The notes beneath the pieces were generated by a model. That model worked only from the letters and a program-made list of their open reading frames with translations. It did not search any database and was not told the DNA's origin. The position numbers and the translations under genes are program-made. A stretch of 64,000 bases of DNA, taken from assembly GCA_963790915.1 (NCBI GenBank), contig CAWBQS010000003.1, positions 1,257,554 to 1,321,553 on the forward strand, given 5' to 3'. Each line of letters starts with the position of its first letter. Positions within the stretch are counted from its first letter, which is position 1. The DNA is from an uncultured Chloroflexia bacterium. GTDB lineage: Bacteria > Chloroflexota > Limnocylindria > Limnocylindrales > CSP1-4. Shown piece by piece: positions 18,397 to 27,940 of the stretch.

Positions 18397-21198
18397 CTAC
18401 TGGATGGGGATGACGCAGCCCGCCGGCTTGTCCGTGTAGCCCGGTCGACAGGTGGGGGCAGCCTGCGGCTTCCCGCCGTTCTTGTTGCCGCCGCTGCCCG
18501 GATCATCCGTGCCGGAGCCGCCGGAAGGCTCCGTAGAGCGGCTCGTGCAGCTGGTGCCCGGGGCCACCGGACCCCCGAAGGATGACTTGCCAGCCAGGCC
18601 GAAGTAGGTCCCGCGGCTGCCCCACTGGCTGGAACCCAGTCCGCCTCGTGAGGCCCAGGCGTTCACGGCCGCCAGCCAGGAGGCCGGCGCTCCGGGGTTC
18701 TCCGCGCGAGCGGGCTGCACGACGGAGGAGCTGCAGTCGCGCGAGTACATGAGGCCCGCCGGATCCACCTCGTTCTTGCCGCCCGGCTGGGTGCCCTGCA
18801 CGAAGAGCTCCGTGCGCGTGCCTCGCGACCAGGCGCCGGGCGTGCCACCGGTGTACTCGTCGATGGTGGCGGCCACGACGCCCTTGGGGGGTCGCTTGAA
18901 CTTGGCGGCCGGCCAGCCATTCGTGTAGTCACGCACGAAGGCGTGCCACGTTCGGCCGGCGGTGTCCATGGAGAGCACGTTGGTGCCCAGGTTGGGCGAC
19001 GAGCTGTCGCTGTTGCCGTACCAGACGCCGACGGCCAGCGCCGGCTGCTTGCTGTTCCTGGGTGCGGCCAGCAGGCCATACGTCGAGTAGTCCTTGAGCT
19101 GGTTGGTGGTGCCGGTCTTGATGGCCATCTCGCGGAGGCTGCCGTCCGGAGTGTTGCGCAGCTGGAAGATGGCGCCCCAGACGCTGTTGATGGCGGGGTT
19201 GCTGTTGCCCTTGAGGATGTCCACCATGATGTAGGCCGCCTGTGGGCTCCAGACCTGCGTGGTGGCGGGCTCCTTGGCCTGGTAGATGACGGTCCCGTCG
19301 GAGTCCTCCACCTTGAGGATGTGCCGCGGCGTGGTCACCTTGCCGCCGTTGCCGAAGGCACCGTAGGCCGCCACCATGTCCACGGGACGCACCTCCACGG
19401 TGCCGATGGCGCCCGCCAGGCCGGCATCGTCGAGCATGCGATTGCCATTGATGAAGCTGAAGCCGGCCTTGACCGCGTACTTGCGGACCGTCTTGACGCC
19501 AGTCCGATCCAGGGCGCGGATGGCCGGGATGTTGAGCGAATACATCAGCGCCTCCCGGACCAGCACCGGACCGCGGTCCAGGCTGTCGGCGTCCTTGGGC
19601 GCCCAGCCCGGTCCGAAGGGCGTGGTGATGTCCAGCAGGACGGTCCCGGCCGTGAGGGCGCCGGTGTCGAATCCGGTGGTGTAGACGATGGGCTTCCAGG
19701 CCGATCCGGGCTGGCGACGACCCTGGCCGGCGGCGTCGTACTTGGGATCGAAGCGCGAGTTCTTCTGGCGGTAGTAGCCCGCCGATCCGACGTAGGCAAG
19801 GAGGTCCCCGGTGCGGTAATCCATGGCCACCAGGGCACCGTTGTGCAGGTTGAGGCCGCGCAGGCGGCCGATCCAGTACGCGTCCCGGCCCAGGTTGTTG
19901 CGCTTGATGGCCTGGAGATACTTGCTGGCCGGCAGGTTGGGGACCCATGCCCCAGCTTCGACGTACTTCTCGCCGAGCTTCTGGGCTTTCCAGTCCAGGG
20001 TAGTGGTGACCTTGTAGCCGCCGCTCTGGATGGGATCGCGGTCGGCCAGGATGAGGCTGAGCTCCGGCAGCAGGGCGTTCACGAAATGGGGTGCCTTGAA
20101 GATCACGTCCTGCGGCTTCCGGATGACGATCCGCTGCTTGAGGGCTTCCTCGTACTGCGCATCCGAGAGCGTCGTGAAGCGGCCCTTGCCGGCCCTGAGC
20201 CGGCTCAGGATCCAGTCGCGTCGCTGGATGAGCTCCGTATCCACGCACTTCGCGTCATCCTTGGCGCAGGTGCGCACGACCAGGCGTGAGTCGCGCTTGC
20301 CGTTCTTCTTCTTGCCGAACGACTCGCGCACCACGTTCCTGTAGTGGCCCTTGCCGTCCGTGGACCATGGATAGAGCACTGCGGGCGACTGCGGGATGGC
20401 CGCCAGGAGGGCGGCTTCGCTCACCGTGAGCTCATCGAGGGACTTGCCCAGGTAGATGTCCGCGGCGGCGGCGATGCCCTGGGCCGTACCGTACGAGATC
20501 TCGTTGAGGTAGGCCGTGATGATGAGCTTCTTGCCCTCTTCGCCCGGGTACTCCTGGGTCAGCCGGTAGGACTGCAGCAGTTCCTTGGCCTTGCGCAGGT
20601 AGAGGCCTTCCTTCGTGTTGTCCGCGCTGACGACCGCCTCCGGCAGGAGGCGGGCACGAACGAACTGCTGGGTGATGGTGGAGCCGCCACCGCGGCTGCC
20701 GCCATCCGCCGCCGCGGTGAGGAAGGCGTTGATGGTGGACTGCAGGTCGAAGCCGGGATTCTCCCAGAAGGTGTCATCCTCGGTGGCCGTGGTGACGTCC
20801 AGGACGAGGGGCGGGATGTCCTCGAAGTCGATGACGTCGCGGCGCTGATCCCAGAACTGCGCCAGCTCCACCTTGCCCGAGCGGTCGTAGATCGTGCTGG
20901 GCTGCGAGAAGCCCAGGTCCCGGAACTCCTGCACGTCCGGCAGGTCCTGGCTGAGCACCGCGACGGCGACACCCACCGCGCCGCCTGCGGCGATGACGCT
21001 GGCCGAGGCCGTGGCCGTGACGATGAGGATGCCGATGAGCACGATGGCCAGCAGTGCGCTGGGCCCACGCGAAGCAGGCTTGCGCGAGAGGCTCCGACTG
21101 ATGGCGAGACGCGCGGCGTAGGAACCCTGATGATGGTTCCCGTTGCCATTGCCACCACGGGCTGGCGTGGTGGGGCGCTGTTGAGGGCGGTACGGCAT
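18397..21198 (-). CDS. Class A penicillin-binding protein (PBP1A-type), full-length paralog of the gene at 6-2405
   Basis: Same GT51 and transpeptidase motifs (EDDTFWENPGFD, GGSTITQQ, SAWKP, KTGTTNQ). TM segment ALLAIVLIGILIVTATASASVIAAGG. C-terminus CRPGYTDKPAGCVIPIQ. Start set at MPYRPQQRP; the track ORF extends to 21615 through GC noise. Confidence 0.85.
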   Translation of the reverse strand: MPYRPQQRPTTPARGGNGNGNHHQGSYAARLAISRSLSRKPASRGPSALLAIVLIGILIVTATASASVIAAGGAVGVAVAVLSQDLPDVQEFRDLGFSQPSTIYDRSGKVELAQFWDQRRDVIDFEDIPPLVLDVTTATEDDTFWENPGFDLQSTINAFLTAAADGGSRGGGSTITQQFVRARLLPEAVVSADNTKEGLYLRKAKELLQSYRLTQEYPGEEGKKLIITAYLNEISYGTAQGIAAAADIYLGKSLDELTVSEAALLAAIPQSPAVLYPWSTDGKGHYRNVVRESFGKKKNGKRDSRLVVRTCAKDDAKCVDTELIQRRDWILSRLRAGKGRFTTLSDAQYEEALKQRIVIRKPQDVIFKAPHFVNALLPELSLILADRDPIQSGGYKVTTTLDWKAQKLGEKYVEAGAWVPNLPASKYLQAIKRNNLGRDAYWIGRLRGLNLHNGALVAMDYRTGDLLAYVGSAGYYRQKNSRFDPKYDAAGQGRRQPGSAWKPIVYTTGFDTGALTAGTVLLDITTPFGPGWAPKDADSLDRGPVLVREALMYSLNIPAIRALDRTGVKTVRKYAVKAGFSFINGNRMLDDAGLAGAIGTVEVRPVDMVAAYGAFGNGGKVTTPRHILKVEDSDGTVIYQAKEPATTQVWSPQAAYIMVDILKGNSNPAINSVWGAIFQLRNTPDGSLREMAIKTGTTNQLKDYSTYGLLAAPRNSKQPALAVGVWYGNSDSSSPNLGTNVLSMDTAGRTWHAFVRDYTNGWPAAKFKRPPKGVVAATIDEYTGGTPGAWSRGTRTELFVQGTQPGGKNEVDPAGLMYSRDCSSSVVQPARAENPGAPASWLAAVNAWASRGGLGSSQWGSRGTYFGLAGKSSFGGPVAPGTSCTSRSTEPSGGSGTDDPGSGGNKNGGKPQAAPTCRPGYTDKPAGCVIPIQ

Positions 21199-21306
21199 GC
21201 CGTTGGCATTCTGCACGAGGTTCGGGGAATACGGGTGACCGTACGATGAAGGTTCTGACACCTTGGCCGGACGGCCAGCGCTCCGAGGCGGCCGGCAGCA
21301 TCGCTG

Positions 21307-22236
21307 ATGCTCGAGCCCGGCCAGCGCTCCGCGTACCAGCGCGCACTCCTGGCCTGGTATCGGGCCGTGGCGCGGCCGCTGCGCATCCGTGCCACGCGAG
21401 AGCCGTGGCCCGTGCTCGTGGCCGAGGTCATGGCCCAGCAGACGCAGATCGCGCGCGTCGATGCGGCCTGGGTCGCCTTCATGGCCCGCTTCCCCACGCC
21501 GCTGGCGCTGGCCCAGGCATCCGCCGCGGACGTCCTGCGCGCCTGGGCCGGCCTGGGCTACAACCGCCGTGCGCTGGCCCTGCAGCAGGCGGCGCGCCGC
21601 ATCGTCGAGGAGCACGGTGGCGCCGTGCCCGGGTCCGTCGCTGCCCTGCAGGCGCTCCCCGGCGTGGGCGCGTACACGGCCCGCGCGGTGGCGGCGCTGG
21701 CCTTCGGGCAGCCGGTGGCGGCGGTCGACACCAACGTGCGACGGGTCATGAGCCGGCTCCTGGGCCGGAGCCTGCCGCCGCGAGAGCTCCAGGCCGCGGT
21801 CGACGCCCTCGTGCCGCCGGCGGAGGCGGCGGCCTGGACGCAGGCCAGCATGGAGCTGGGGGCCATCATCTGCCAGGCCCGTCGGCCCGACTGCCCGGCC
21901 TGCCCCGTGCGCCGCTGGTGTGCCAGCGTGGACGCGTCATTCCCCGCCGCCGCGCCGCGCCGCGGCTCCGAGAGCCCCGGCCCGACGCCGTCACATACTC
22001 GCGGCCGTTCAGCGCCGGCCACGGACGCGCCCTTCGAGCGGACCTCGCGCTGGCTGCGCGGCCGCATCGTGGCCCACCTGCGGGACGCTGAGGACGGCGC
22101 GTGGGTCCGTCTGCCGGAGGCCATGGGCAGCCATGGAGCGGAGGGCATCGCGACGGCCGTGCAAGGCCTGGGGCGCGATGGGCTCGTGGAACGACGTGCC
22201 GACGGCGCCGTGCGCCTACCATCAGGGGCGTCATGA
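21307..22236 (+). CDS. A/G-specific adenine DNA glycosylase (MutY/Nth HhH-GPD superfamily with [4Fe-4S] cluster)
   Basis: HhH-GPD motif LPGVGAYTARAVAALAFGQPVAAVDTNVRRV and Cys cluster CQARRPDCPACPVRRWC. At 309 aa it may lack the NUDIX-like C-terminal domain of canonical MutY. Confidence 0.75.
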   Translation: MLEPGQRSAYQRALLAWYRAVARPLRIRATREPWPVLVAEVMAQQTQIARVDAAWVAFMARFPTPLALAQASAADVLRAWAGLGYNRRALALQQAARRIVEEHGGAVPGSVAALQALPGVGAYTARAVAALAFGQPVAAVDTNVRRVMSRLLGRSLPPRELQAAVDALVPPAEAAAWTQASMELGAIICQARRPDCPACPVRRWCASVDASFPAAAPRRGSESPGPTPSHTRGRSAPATDAPFERTSRWLRGRIVAHLRDAEDGAWVRLPEAMGSHGAEGIATAVQGLGRDGLVERRADGAVRLPSGAS

Positions 22237-23075
22237 GCACCAGCCGCGAGCCCACCGGAGCTTCCTTCGTGCCGCCCCTCGCGGACCCTACGACCGGGAT
22301 CCCCCTGCCGGCCACGGACGCCCGACTCTTCGGGGGAGACCTGCTGCTCGACGACCTCATCGACCGCTGGGCTGCACAGGCGACGCTGCCACTCATGACG
22401 GCGGAGGAGATGCGGGGCGCCGACGTGCGTGCCCAGCGGCTGGGCACGCCGGGCGAGTGGCTCATGGAGCAGGCGGGCGCCGCCGTCGCTGCCGCCGCGC
22501 TGGCGCTGTTGGCTGCGGCCGAGCGCTCGGCCCACGCCCGCGTGCTCATCCTCTGTGGCGCCGGCAACAACGGCGGGGACGGCCTCGTGGCGGCGCGCCA
22601 CCTGGCGGCACGGGGCATCGGCTCGGAGATCGTCCTCCTCTCCGCCGACGGTCGCCCCAGCACCGCCGACGCGGGACTGAACTGGGACCGTCTCGACGGC
22701 GTGTCGAACGTGCGCCGCGTGACGACCAACCGCGGCAGTGACATGGCCCTCTACCTCAACGGCATCGAGCGCGCGGCCCTCGTCGTGGATGCCCTGCTGG
22801 GAACTGGCGTGCGCGGCCCACTGCGAGAGCCCGTGCGCACGGCCGTGGATGTCGCCGTGCGTGCGCGCGAGTCGCTCGTGCCCGTGCTGGCCGTGGACAC
22901 GCCGACGGCCCTGGACCTGACCACCGGCGATCCATCCGACCCGGTCATCCGCGCCGACCTGACCGTCACCTTCCACCGGCCCAAGCCCGGCCTGCGCAGT
23001 CGGGTGGGTCGCGTGCTGGCCGGCCGCGTCCTCGTGGCGCCCATCGGCATCCCCGTCGAGGCCGACCGGACGTAG
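22233..23075 (+). CDS. NAD(P)H-hydrate epimerase (YjeF N-terminal domain protein)
   Basis: ILCGAGNNGGDGLVAARHLA Rossmann signature of YjeF_N. ATG overlaps the mutY-like stop (ATGA). Confidence 0.7.
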   Translation: MSTSREPTGASFVPPLADPTTGIPLPATDARLFGGDLLLDDLIDRWAAQATLPLMTAEEMRGADVRAQRLGTPGEWLMEQAGAAVAAAALALLAAAERSAHARVLILCGAGNNGGDGLVAARHLAARGIGSEIVLLSADGRPSTADAGLNWDRLDGVSNVRRVTTNRGSDMALYLNGIERAALVVDALLGTGVRGPLREPVRTAVDVAVRARESLVPVLAVDTPTALDLTTGDPSDPVIRADLTVTFHRPKPGLRSRVGRVLAGRVLVAPIGIPVEADRT

Positions 23076-23076
23076 C

Positions 23077-23277
23077 GTGGCCCAGCAGCCCGGCGGCGGC
23101 CCGCGGGGCCGGACCGTGGTCCTGCTCATCGGCGTGTTGGTCGTGCTCGTCCTGGGCGTGAGCGTCGTGAGCGCCCTGCTGCCCGGACTGGACGGGCTGC
23201 TGGCGAGCCTGCCCGTGGTCATCCTCGGGCTCGTCCTCGGCACGCTGGTCATCCTGGCGGGCGTGCTGCGGCGCTAG
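23077..23277 (+). CDS. Small hypothetical membrane protein (66 aa, two predicted TM helices)
   Basis: GTG start directly after the upstream stop. Entirely hydrophobic: LLIGVLVVLVLGVSVVSALLPGLDGLLASLPVVILGLVLGTLVILAGVL. No homology recognised. Confidence 0.3.
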   Translation: MAQQPGGGPRGRTVVLLIGVLVVLVLGVSVVSALLPGLDGLLASLPVVILGLVLGTLVILAGVLRR

Positions 23278-23304
23278 GTCGCGGGTGCTCCGGAGGGGCT
23301 GGCC

Positions 23305-23946
23305 TCAGGACCCCGGGGGCGGCGTCGGCTGCCGGTCACGCGGGTCGAAGCGGCGCTCGGTGCCAGCCAGCAGGCGCCCGATGTTGTCGCGGTGGGCGAC
23401 CCAGATGATGACCTCACCGGGGATGATGAAGAGCAGCCAGGCGGGGTCGAGGGCGCCGGCCACCATGAAGAGGATGGCCACCAGCGCGCCGGACGCGGTG
23501 CCCAGCAGCGAGCCCAGGGACACGTAGCGCGTCACGCCGATGATGATGAAGAAGGCCGGAGCCGCGATGAGGCAGACGATGGGCGACACGGCCAGCATGC
23601 CCCCGACCCCGGTGGCCACGCCACGCCCGCCGTGGAAGCCCAGGAAGACCGACTTCCAGGCGCCCAGGACGGCCGCCACGCCGGTCAGCGCCTGGACCTC
23701 CACCGGGGCGCCCAGCAGGCGCGCCGCGAGGATGGGCAGCGCGCCCTTGGCCAGGTCCAGCAGACCGACGGTGACGGCGCGGCCCCAGCCCATGGCCCGC
23801 AGGGCGTTCGTGCCGCCCGTCCGACCGGAGCCCACGGTGCGTGGGTCCGTGCCGCCGCTGAGGCGTGCCACGATGACGCCCATGGGCAGTGAGCCAACGA
23901 GGTAGCCCAGCAGCAGCAGTCCGACCGTCAGCGGCAGATCATCCAC
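23305..23946 (-). CDS. plsY: Glycerol-3-phosphate acyltransferase PlsY (acyl-phosphate dependent)
   Basis: PlsY hallmarks GSGRTGGTNALRAMG and LLDLAKGALP. About 213 aa with 5 TM segments. Confidence 0.85.
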   Translation of the reverse strand: MDDLPLTVGLLLLGYLVGSLPMGVIVARLSGGTDPRTVGSGRTGGTNALRAMGWGRAVTVGLLDLAKGALPILAARLLGAPVEVQALTGVAAVLGAWKSVFLGFHGGRGVATGVGGMLAVSPIVCLIAAPAFFIIIGVTRYVSLGSLLGTASGALVAILFMVAGALDPAWLLFIIPGEVIIWVAHRDNIGRLLAGTERRFDPRDRQPTPPPGS

Positions 23947-24026
23947 GCTCGCCGAGTATACGAAGGTGCCGGAGAGCCTTTGCTACCATCGCTTACGACA
24001 GCCCAGCCCGCTCCCGGAGTCGCAGC

Positions 24027-25461
24027 GTGCCCAGTGAGAGCCAGTCCTTCGACATCGTCGTCCTCGGAGCCGGCACCGGCGGCTACTCGGCCGCCTTCCG
24101 GGCCGGCCAGCTTGGCCTGAAGGTCGCGCTCGTCGACGACGGGCCGGCCGGCATCGGCGGCACCTGCCTGCACCGCGGCTGCATCCCCACCAAGGCCATG
24201 CTCGAATCGGCCGACCTGTACGACCGGATCCGGCATGCCGCGGAGTACGGCATCAGCGTGGGCGAGCATGGCGTGGATGCCACGGTCATCGCGGCGCGCC
24301 GCGATCGCACGGTGGCGCGGCTCGTCAAGGGATTGCACGGCCTCATCCGCAAGAACCACGTCACGTACGTGCGTGGCCGCGGCCGCCTGGAGGGTCCCCA
24401 GCAGGTGCGCGTCGCCACGGTGGACGAGGCCGGCGCATCCAGCGGTGAGGTCATCCTGCGCGCCCGGGACGTCATCCTGGCCACCGGCTCGCGCGTCAAG
24501 TCGCTGCCGGGCCTGGTGCCGGACGGCGCCCGCATCGTCACCAGCGACGACGTGCTGCGCTCCTCGGCCGTGCCCGGCTCCATCATCGTCGTGGGTGCCG
24601 GCGCGGTGGGCGTGGAGTTCGCCAGCTTCTACCACGACCTGGGCAGCCAGGTCACGGTGCTGGAGTACCTGCCCGCCATCGTGCCTCTCGAGGACGCCGA
24701 GATCTCCGTGGAGATGGAGCGCGCCTTCAAGCGTCGCGGGATCACCGTCATGACCAACGCCCGCCTTGACACCGGCAGCCTGGTGGTGGACGAGGGCGGT
24801 GTGCGGCTCATGGTCGGGCCTGAAGGTCAGGCGCCCGCGGAGATCCGCGCGGAGCAGCTGCTCGTGGCCACCGGGCGCGCATGCCAACACGGACGACGTG
24901 GGCCTGGAGACGACCCGCGCCGTGGTGGAGCGGGGCCTCGTCAAGGTCGATGGCCAGATGCGCACGGCGGACCCGCACCTGTACGCCATCGGCGACATCA
25001 TCGGCGGCCTCTGGCTGGCCCACGTGGCCGCACACGAGGGCATCGCCGCGGTCCATGCCATCGCCGGGCAGGAGGCTGAGCCGGTCGACTACGTGAAGAT
25101 GCCACGCGCCACCTACGCCCGGCCGCAGGTGGCCTCCATCGGCCTCACCAGTGCCCAGTGCGAGGCGGCCGGTCGCCAGGTCAGGGTGGGCAAGTTCCCC
25201 TTCCAGGCCAGCGGCAAGGCCATCATCAACGGAGACACCAGCGGCTTTGTCAAGGTCATCGCGGATGCGCAGACGGACGAGCTGCTGGGCGTGCACATGA
25301 TCGGCGGCCACGTCACGGAGCTCATCGCCGAGGCCTCCGTGGGCATGCTCCTGGAGGCCACGGCCTGGGAGGTCGGCGCCGCCGTGCACCCGCATCCGAC
25401 GCTCTCCGAGGCTCTCGGCGAGGCAGCCATGGCCGTGGACGGCAAGTCCATCAACGTCTAG
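24027..25461 (+). pseudogene. lpd: Dihydrolipoyl dehydrogenase (E3, Lpd) with a 1-nt frameshift near 24878
   Basis: FAD motif DIVVLGAGTGGY, redox disulfide GGTCLHRGCIPTK, NAD motif VVGAGAVGVEFAS. The reading frame switches between LLVATGR and HANTDDVGLETT at a gggcgcg run. GTG start with GGAG 7 nt upstream. Confidence 0.75.
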
Positions 25462-25517
25462 CCACCCGGGGTCCCGCGGCCGGGCACTGCCGCCCAGCCG
25501 CGGTGGTGAGGCGCGAG

Positions 25518-26975
25518 TCAGCCCACGCGACGCGTGGCCCTCGCCCCGAAGTGCATGTAGCGCTCGCCCGTCGGCAGCGCGTAGAAGGTGACCGGCATCC
25601 AGGTCTCGGCCTCCGGCTCCCGCACCACGAACAGCTCAGGCCCGAGCGGCACCATGGCGTACTCCTGTGGCGGCTCCGGTGCCAGCTCGGCCAGCGTGCC
25701 GGTGACCGTCGTGCGCAGCCGCGCGGTCTCGTGCTCCGCGTCGGCCGGCAGCACCTCCAGGCGCACCGAGGCACGCTCGTAGGTCCCCACGAAGGGTGAG
25801 GCGTCGACCACGACCGGCTCTGCGGGCGGCGTGATCGTGTGCGGCATGGCCACGCCGGCGACGGCCGCGAAGACCTCCCGGTAGAGCTCGTCGTACAGGT
25901 CGCGCGCCTGCCCGCCGTTGGTGAGCAGGGTCACGGCCAGGCCCTGCTCGGGCAGCAGGCGCAGGAAGGCGGTCTGGCCGATGGTGTTGCCGTCGTGGCC
26001 GATGAGTCGATGCCCGTCCCAGCCGAAGCGGATCCAGGCCAGCCCCCAGGAGTCGCCGAGGCTGTACGGGTCGGGCAGATCCGCCTGGTGATCGGCCATC
26101 GCGGCGGCGCTCGCCTCGCTCAGCACCTGCGTGCCGTCGGCCGCGCGCCCGCCCAGCAGATGCATGCGCGCGAAGGCCAGCACGTCGGCGGCCGTGGCGT
26201 CGATGAGCCCGGCCGGACCGACCGAGCGCGGCAGGCACCACACGGGCGCCACGCGCTGCTCCTTCTCCTCCTCGACGTGACCGACGGCCACGCTGTGGAG
26301 CAGGGCATCCTCCGGCAGCGTCACGGTGTGCTGCAGACCTAGCGGCGTGAAGAGGCGCTCGCGCATGGCCGCGTCCCAGGTCTTGCCGGTGAGCTTCTCG
26401 ATGATCCGTCCCAGCAGCGAGTAGCCGGAGTTGCAGTAGGACCAGGTGACGCCCAGCGGGTGGTTCTGGGCCACGTTGACGAGCAGCGCCACGTAGCGCT
26501 CCAGGCACTCGTCGCCGCGCCCGGTGTCCGTGAACACGTCGCCGTCGATACCGCTGGTGTGCGTGAGCAGGTGGCGCACGGTCACCGCGCGCGTGACCTC
26601 CGGATCGGAGAGCTGCAGCTCGGGCAGGACATCCACGACCGGAGCGTCGATGTCCAGTCGCCCCTCATCGGCGAGCTGCATGACGACCGTGGCTGTCCAG
26701 ACCTTGCTGATCGAGCCGATCTGGAAGAGCGCGTCGGTCGTGACAGGGACACCGCTGCGCAGGCTGAGCACCCCGTGGACGGCCTCGACCAGCTCGTCGG
26801 GCTGGCCGTCGGAGAGACGCAGGATGCCGAGCTGCGCGCCCGGGACACGGTGCCGGGCTGCCAGGCTTGCCAGGCGGTCGCCCCAGTGCCCCGCGTCGAT
26901 GGCGGGACGCGCCATGATCGCGGCGGCCGAAGTGTCGGCGGCCTGGGGCGGGTCCTGCTGGCTGCGGTGCGTCAT
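25518..26975 (-). CDS. S12-family serine hydrolase (beta-lactamase/D-aminopeptidase/esterase fold)
   Basis: SxxK motif (QIGSISKVWT) and YxN motif (SYCNSGYSLLG). Paralog of 30988-32496. Lies at the 3' end of the peptide ABC operon. Confidence 0.75.
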   Translation of the reverse strand: MTHRSQQDPPQAADTSAAAIMARPAIDAGHWGDRLASLAARHRVPGAQLGILRLSDGQPDELVEAVHGVLSLRSGVPVTTDALFQIGSISKVWTATVVMQLADEGRLDIDAPVVDVLPELQLSDPEVTRAVTVRHLLTHTSGIDGDVFTDTGRGDECLERYVALLVNVAQNHPLGVTWSYCNSGYSLLGRIIEKLTGKTWDAAMRERLFTPLGLQHTVTLPEDALLHSVAVGHVEEEKEQRVAPVWCLPRSVGPAGLIDATAADVLAFARMHLLGGRAADGTQVLSEASAAAMADHQADLPDPYSLGDSWGLAWIRFGWDGHRLIGHDGNTIGQTAFLRLLPEQGLAVTLLTNGGQARDLYDELYREVFAAVAGVAMPHTITPPAEPVVVDASPFVGTYERASVRLEVLPADAEHETARLRTTVTGTLAELAPEPPQEYAMVPLGPELFVVREPEAETWMPVTFYALPTGERYMHFGARATRRVG

Positions 26976-27940
26976 GGAGTGCTCCGATCCTCTGCTGCGG
27001 TGGCCTGATCAGGGGGCGCGAAGTGGCAGGTTGCGCGCTGGCGATGCTCGGCGCCCGGCTCGACCGTGCGACAGATGTCGCGCTCGGGGAGGACCAGGGG
27101 GCCGATGGGACAGCGCGTGTGATACGGACAGCCTGGCGGCGGATGATGCGGGTCGACGTCCTCGAGCACCTCGACGACCGCCGTCTCCCGCGAGGACCGC
27201 ACGCCCGGGATGGCGGCCAGCAGGTCGCGGGTGTAAGGGTGCTGCGGATCGGACAGGACCTCCGTGGCGCTGCCGTACTCGACGATGCGGCCCAGGTACA
27301 TGACCGCGATGTGACTGGCCACGTAGCGCACGACGGCCAGGTTGTGGGAGATGAAGAGGATCGACAGGCCCAGCTCCCGCTGCAGCTCGCGGACCAGGTT
27401 GAGCACCGCTCCCTGGATGGAGACGTCGAGGGCGGAGGTGATCTCGTCGGCGATGAGGACCTCCGGCCGACCGGCCAGGGCACGGGCCAGGGCGACGCGC
27501 TGGCGTTGCCCGCCCGAGAGGTGCGCCGGGTAGACCCTCGAGCGTGCCGGGTCGAGGTGCACCAGGCCGAGCAACCGTGCCACCTCCGAGCGGCGCTCGG
27601 CCCGTCCCAGCCCGGCCGGCAGCGCCTCGTCGATGCTGGCGCCGATGGTCATGCGCGGGTCAAGGGAGGAGTAAGGGTCCTGGAAGACCATCTGGAGGGG
27701 ACGTCGCCCCTTGAGCGGCAGCGGCCGCTCATCGAACAGGATCCGACCGTCCGCCAGCGGCACGATGCCCACGGCGGCGCGGGCCAGGGTGGACTTGCCC
27801 GAGCCCGATTCGCCGACGAGGCCGACGATGCTCCCCGTGGGGACCGAGAAGCTCACGCGATCGACGGCGCTGACGCCGTGCCGCCGGTTCCCGTAGCGGA
27901 CGCTGACCTCCTCGAATCGCAGTCCGCTCACGCTGCTCAT
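26972..27940 (-). CDS. Oligopeptide/dipeptide ABC transporter ATP-binding protein (OppF/DppF-like)
   Basis: Walker A GESGSGKST, signature LSGGQRQRVALARAL, and C-terminal oligopeptide-ABC extension (HPYTRDLLAAIP...CPYHTRC). Confidence 0.85.
   Translation of the reverse strand: MSSVSGLRFEEVSVRYGNRRHGVSAVDRVSFSVPTGSIVGLVGESGSGKSTLARAAVGIVPLADGRILFDERPLPLKGRRPLQMVFQDPYSSLDPRMTIGASIDEALPAGLGRAERRSEVARLLGLVHLDPARSRVYPAHLSGGQRQRVALARALAGRPEVLIADEITSALDVSIQGAVLNLVRELQRELGLSILFISHNLAVVRYVASHIAVMYLGRIVEYGSATEVLSDPQHPYTRDLLAAIPGVRSSRETAVVEVLEDVDPHHPPPGCPYHTRCPIGPLVLPERDICRTVEPGAEHRQRATCHFAPPDQATAAEDRSTP

Noticed and set aside
21558-23252. 564-aa minus-strand ORF overlapping the mutY-like and yjeF_N genes
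   Set aside because: Antisense to two genes with clear family motifs. Compositionally biased with no motifs of its own.
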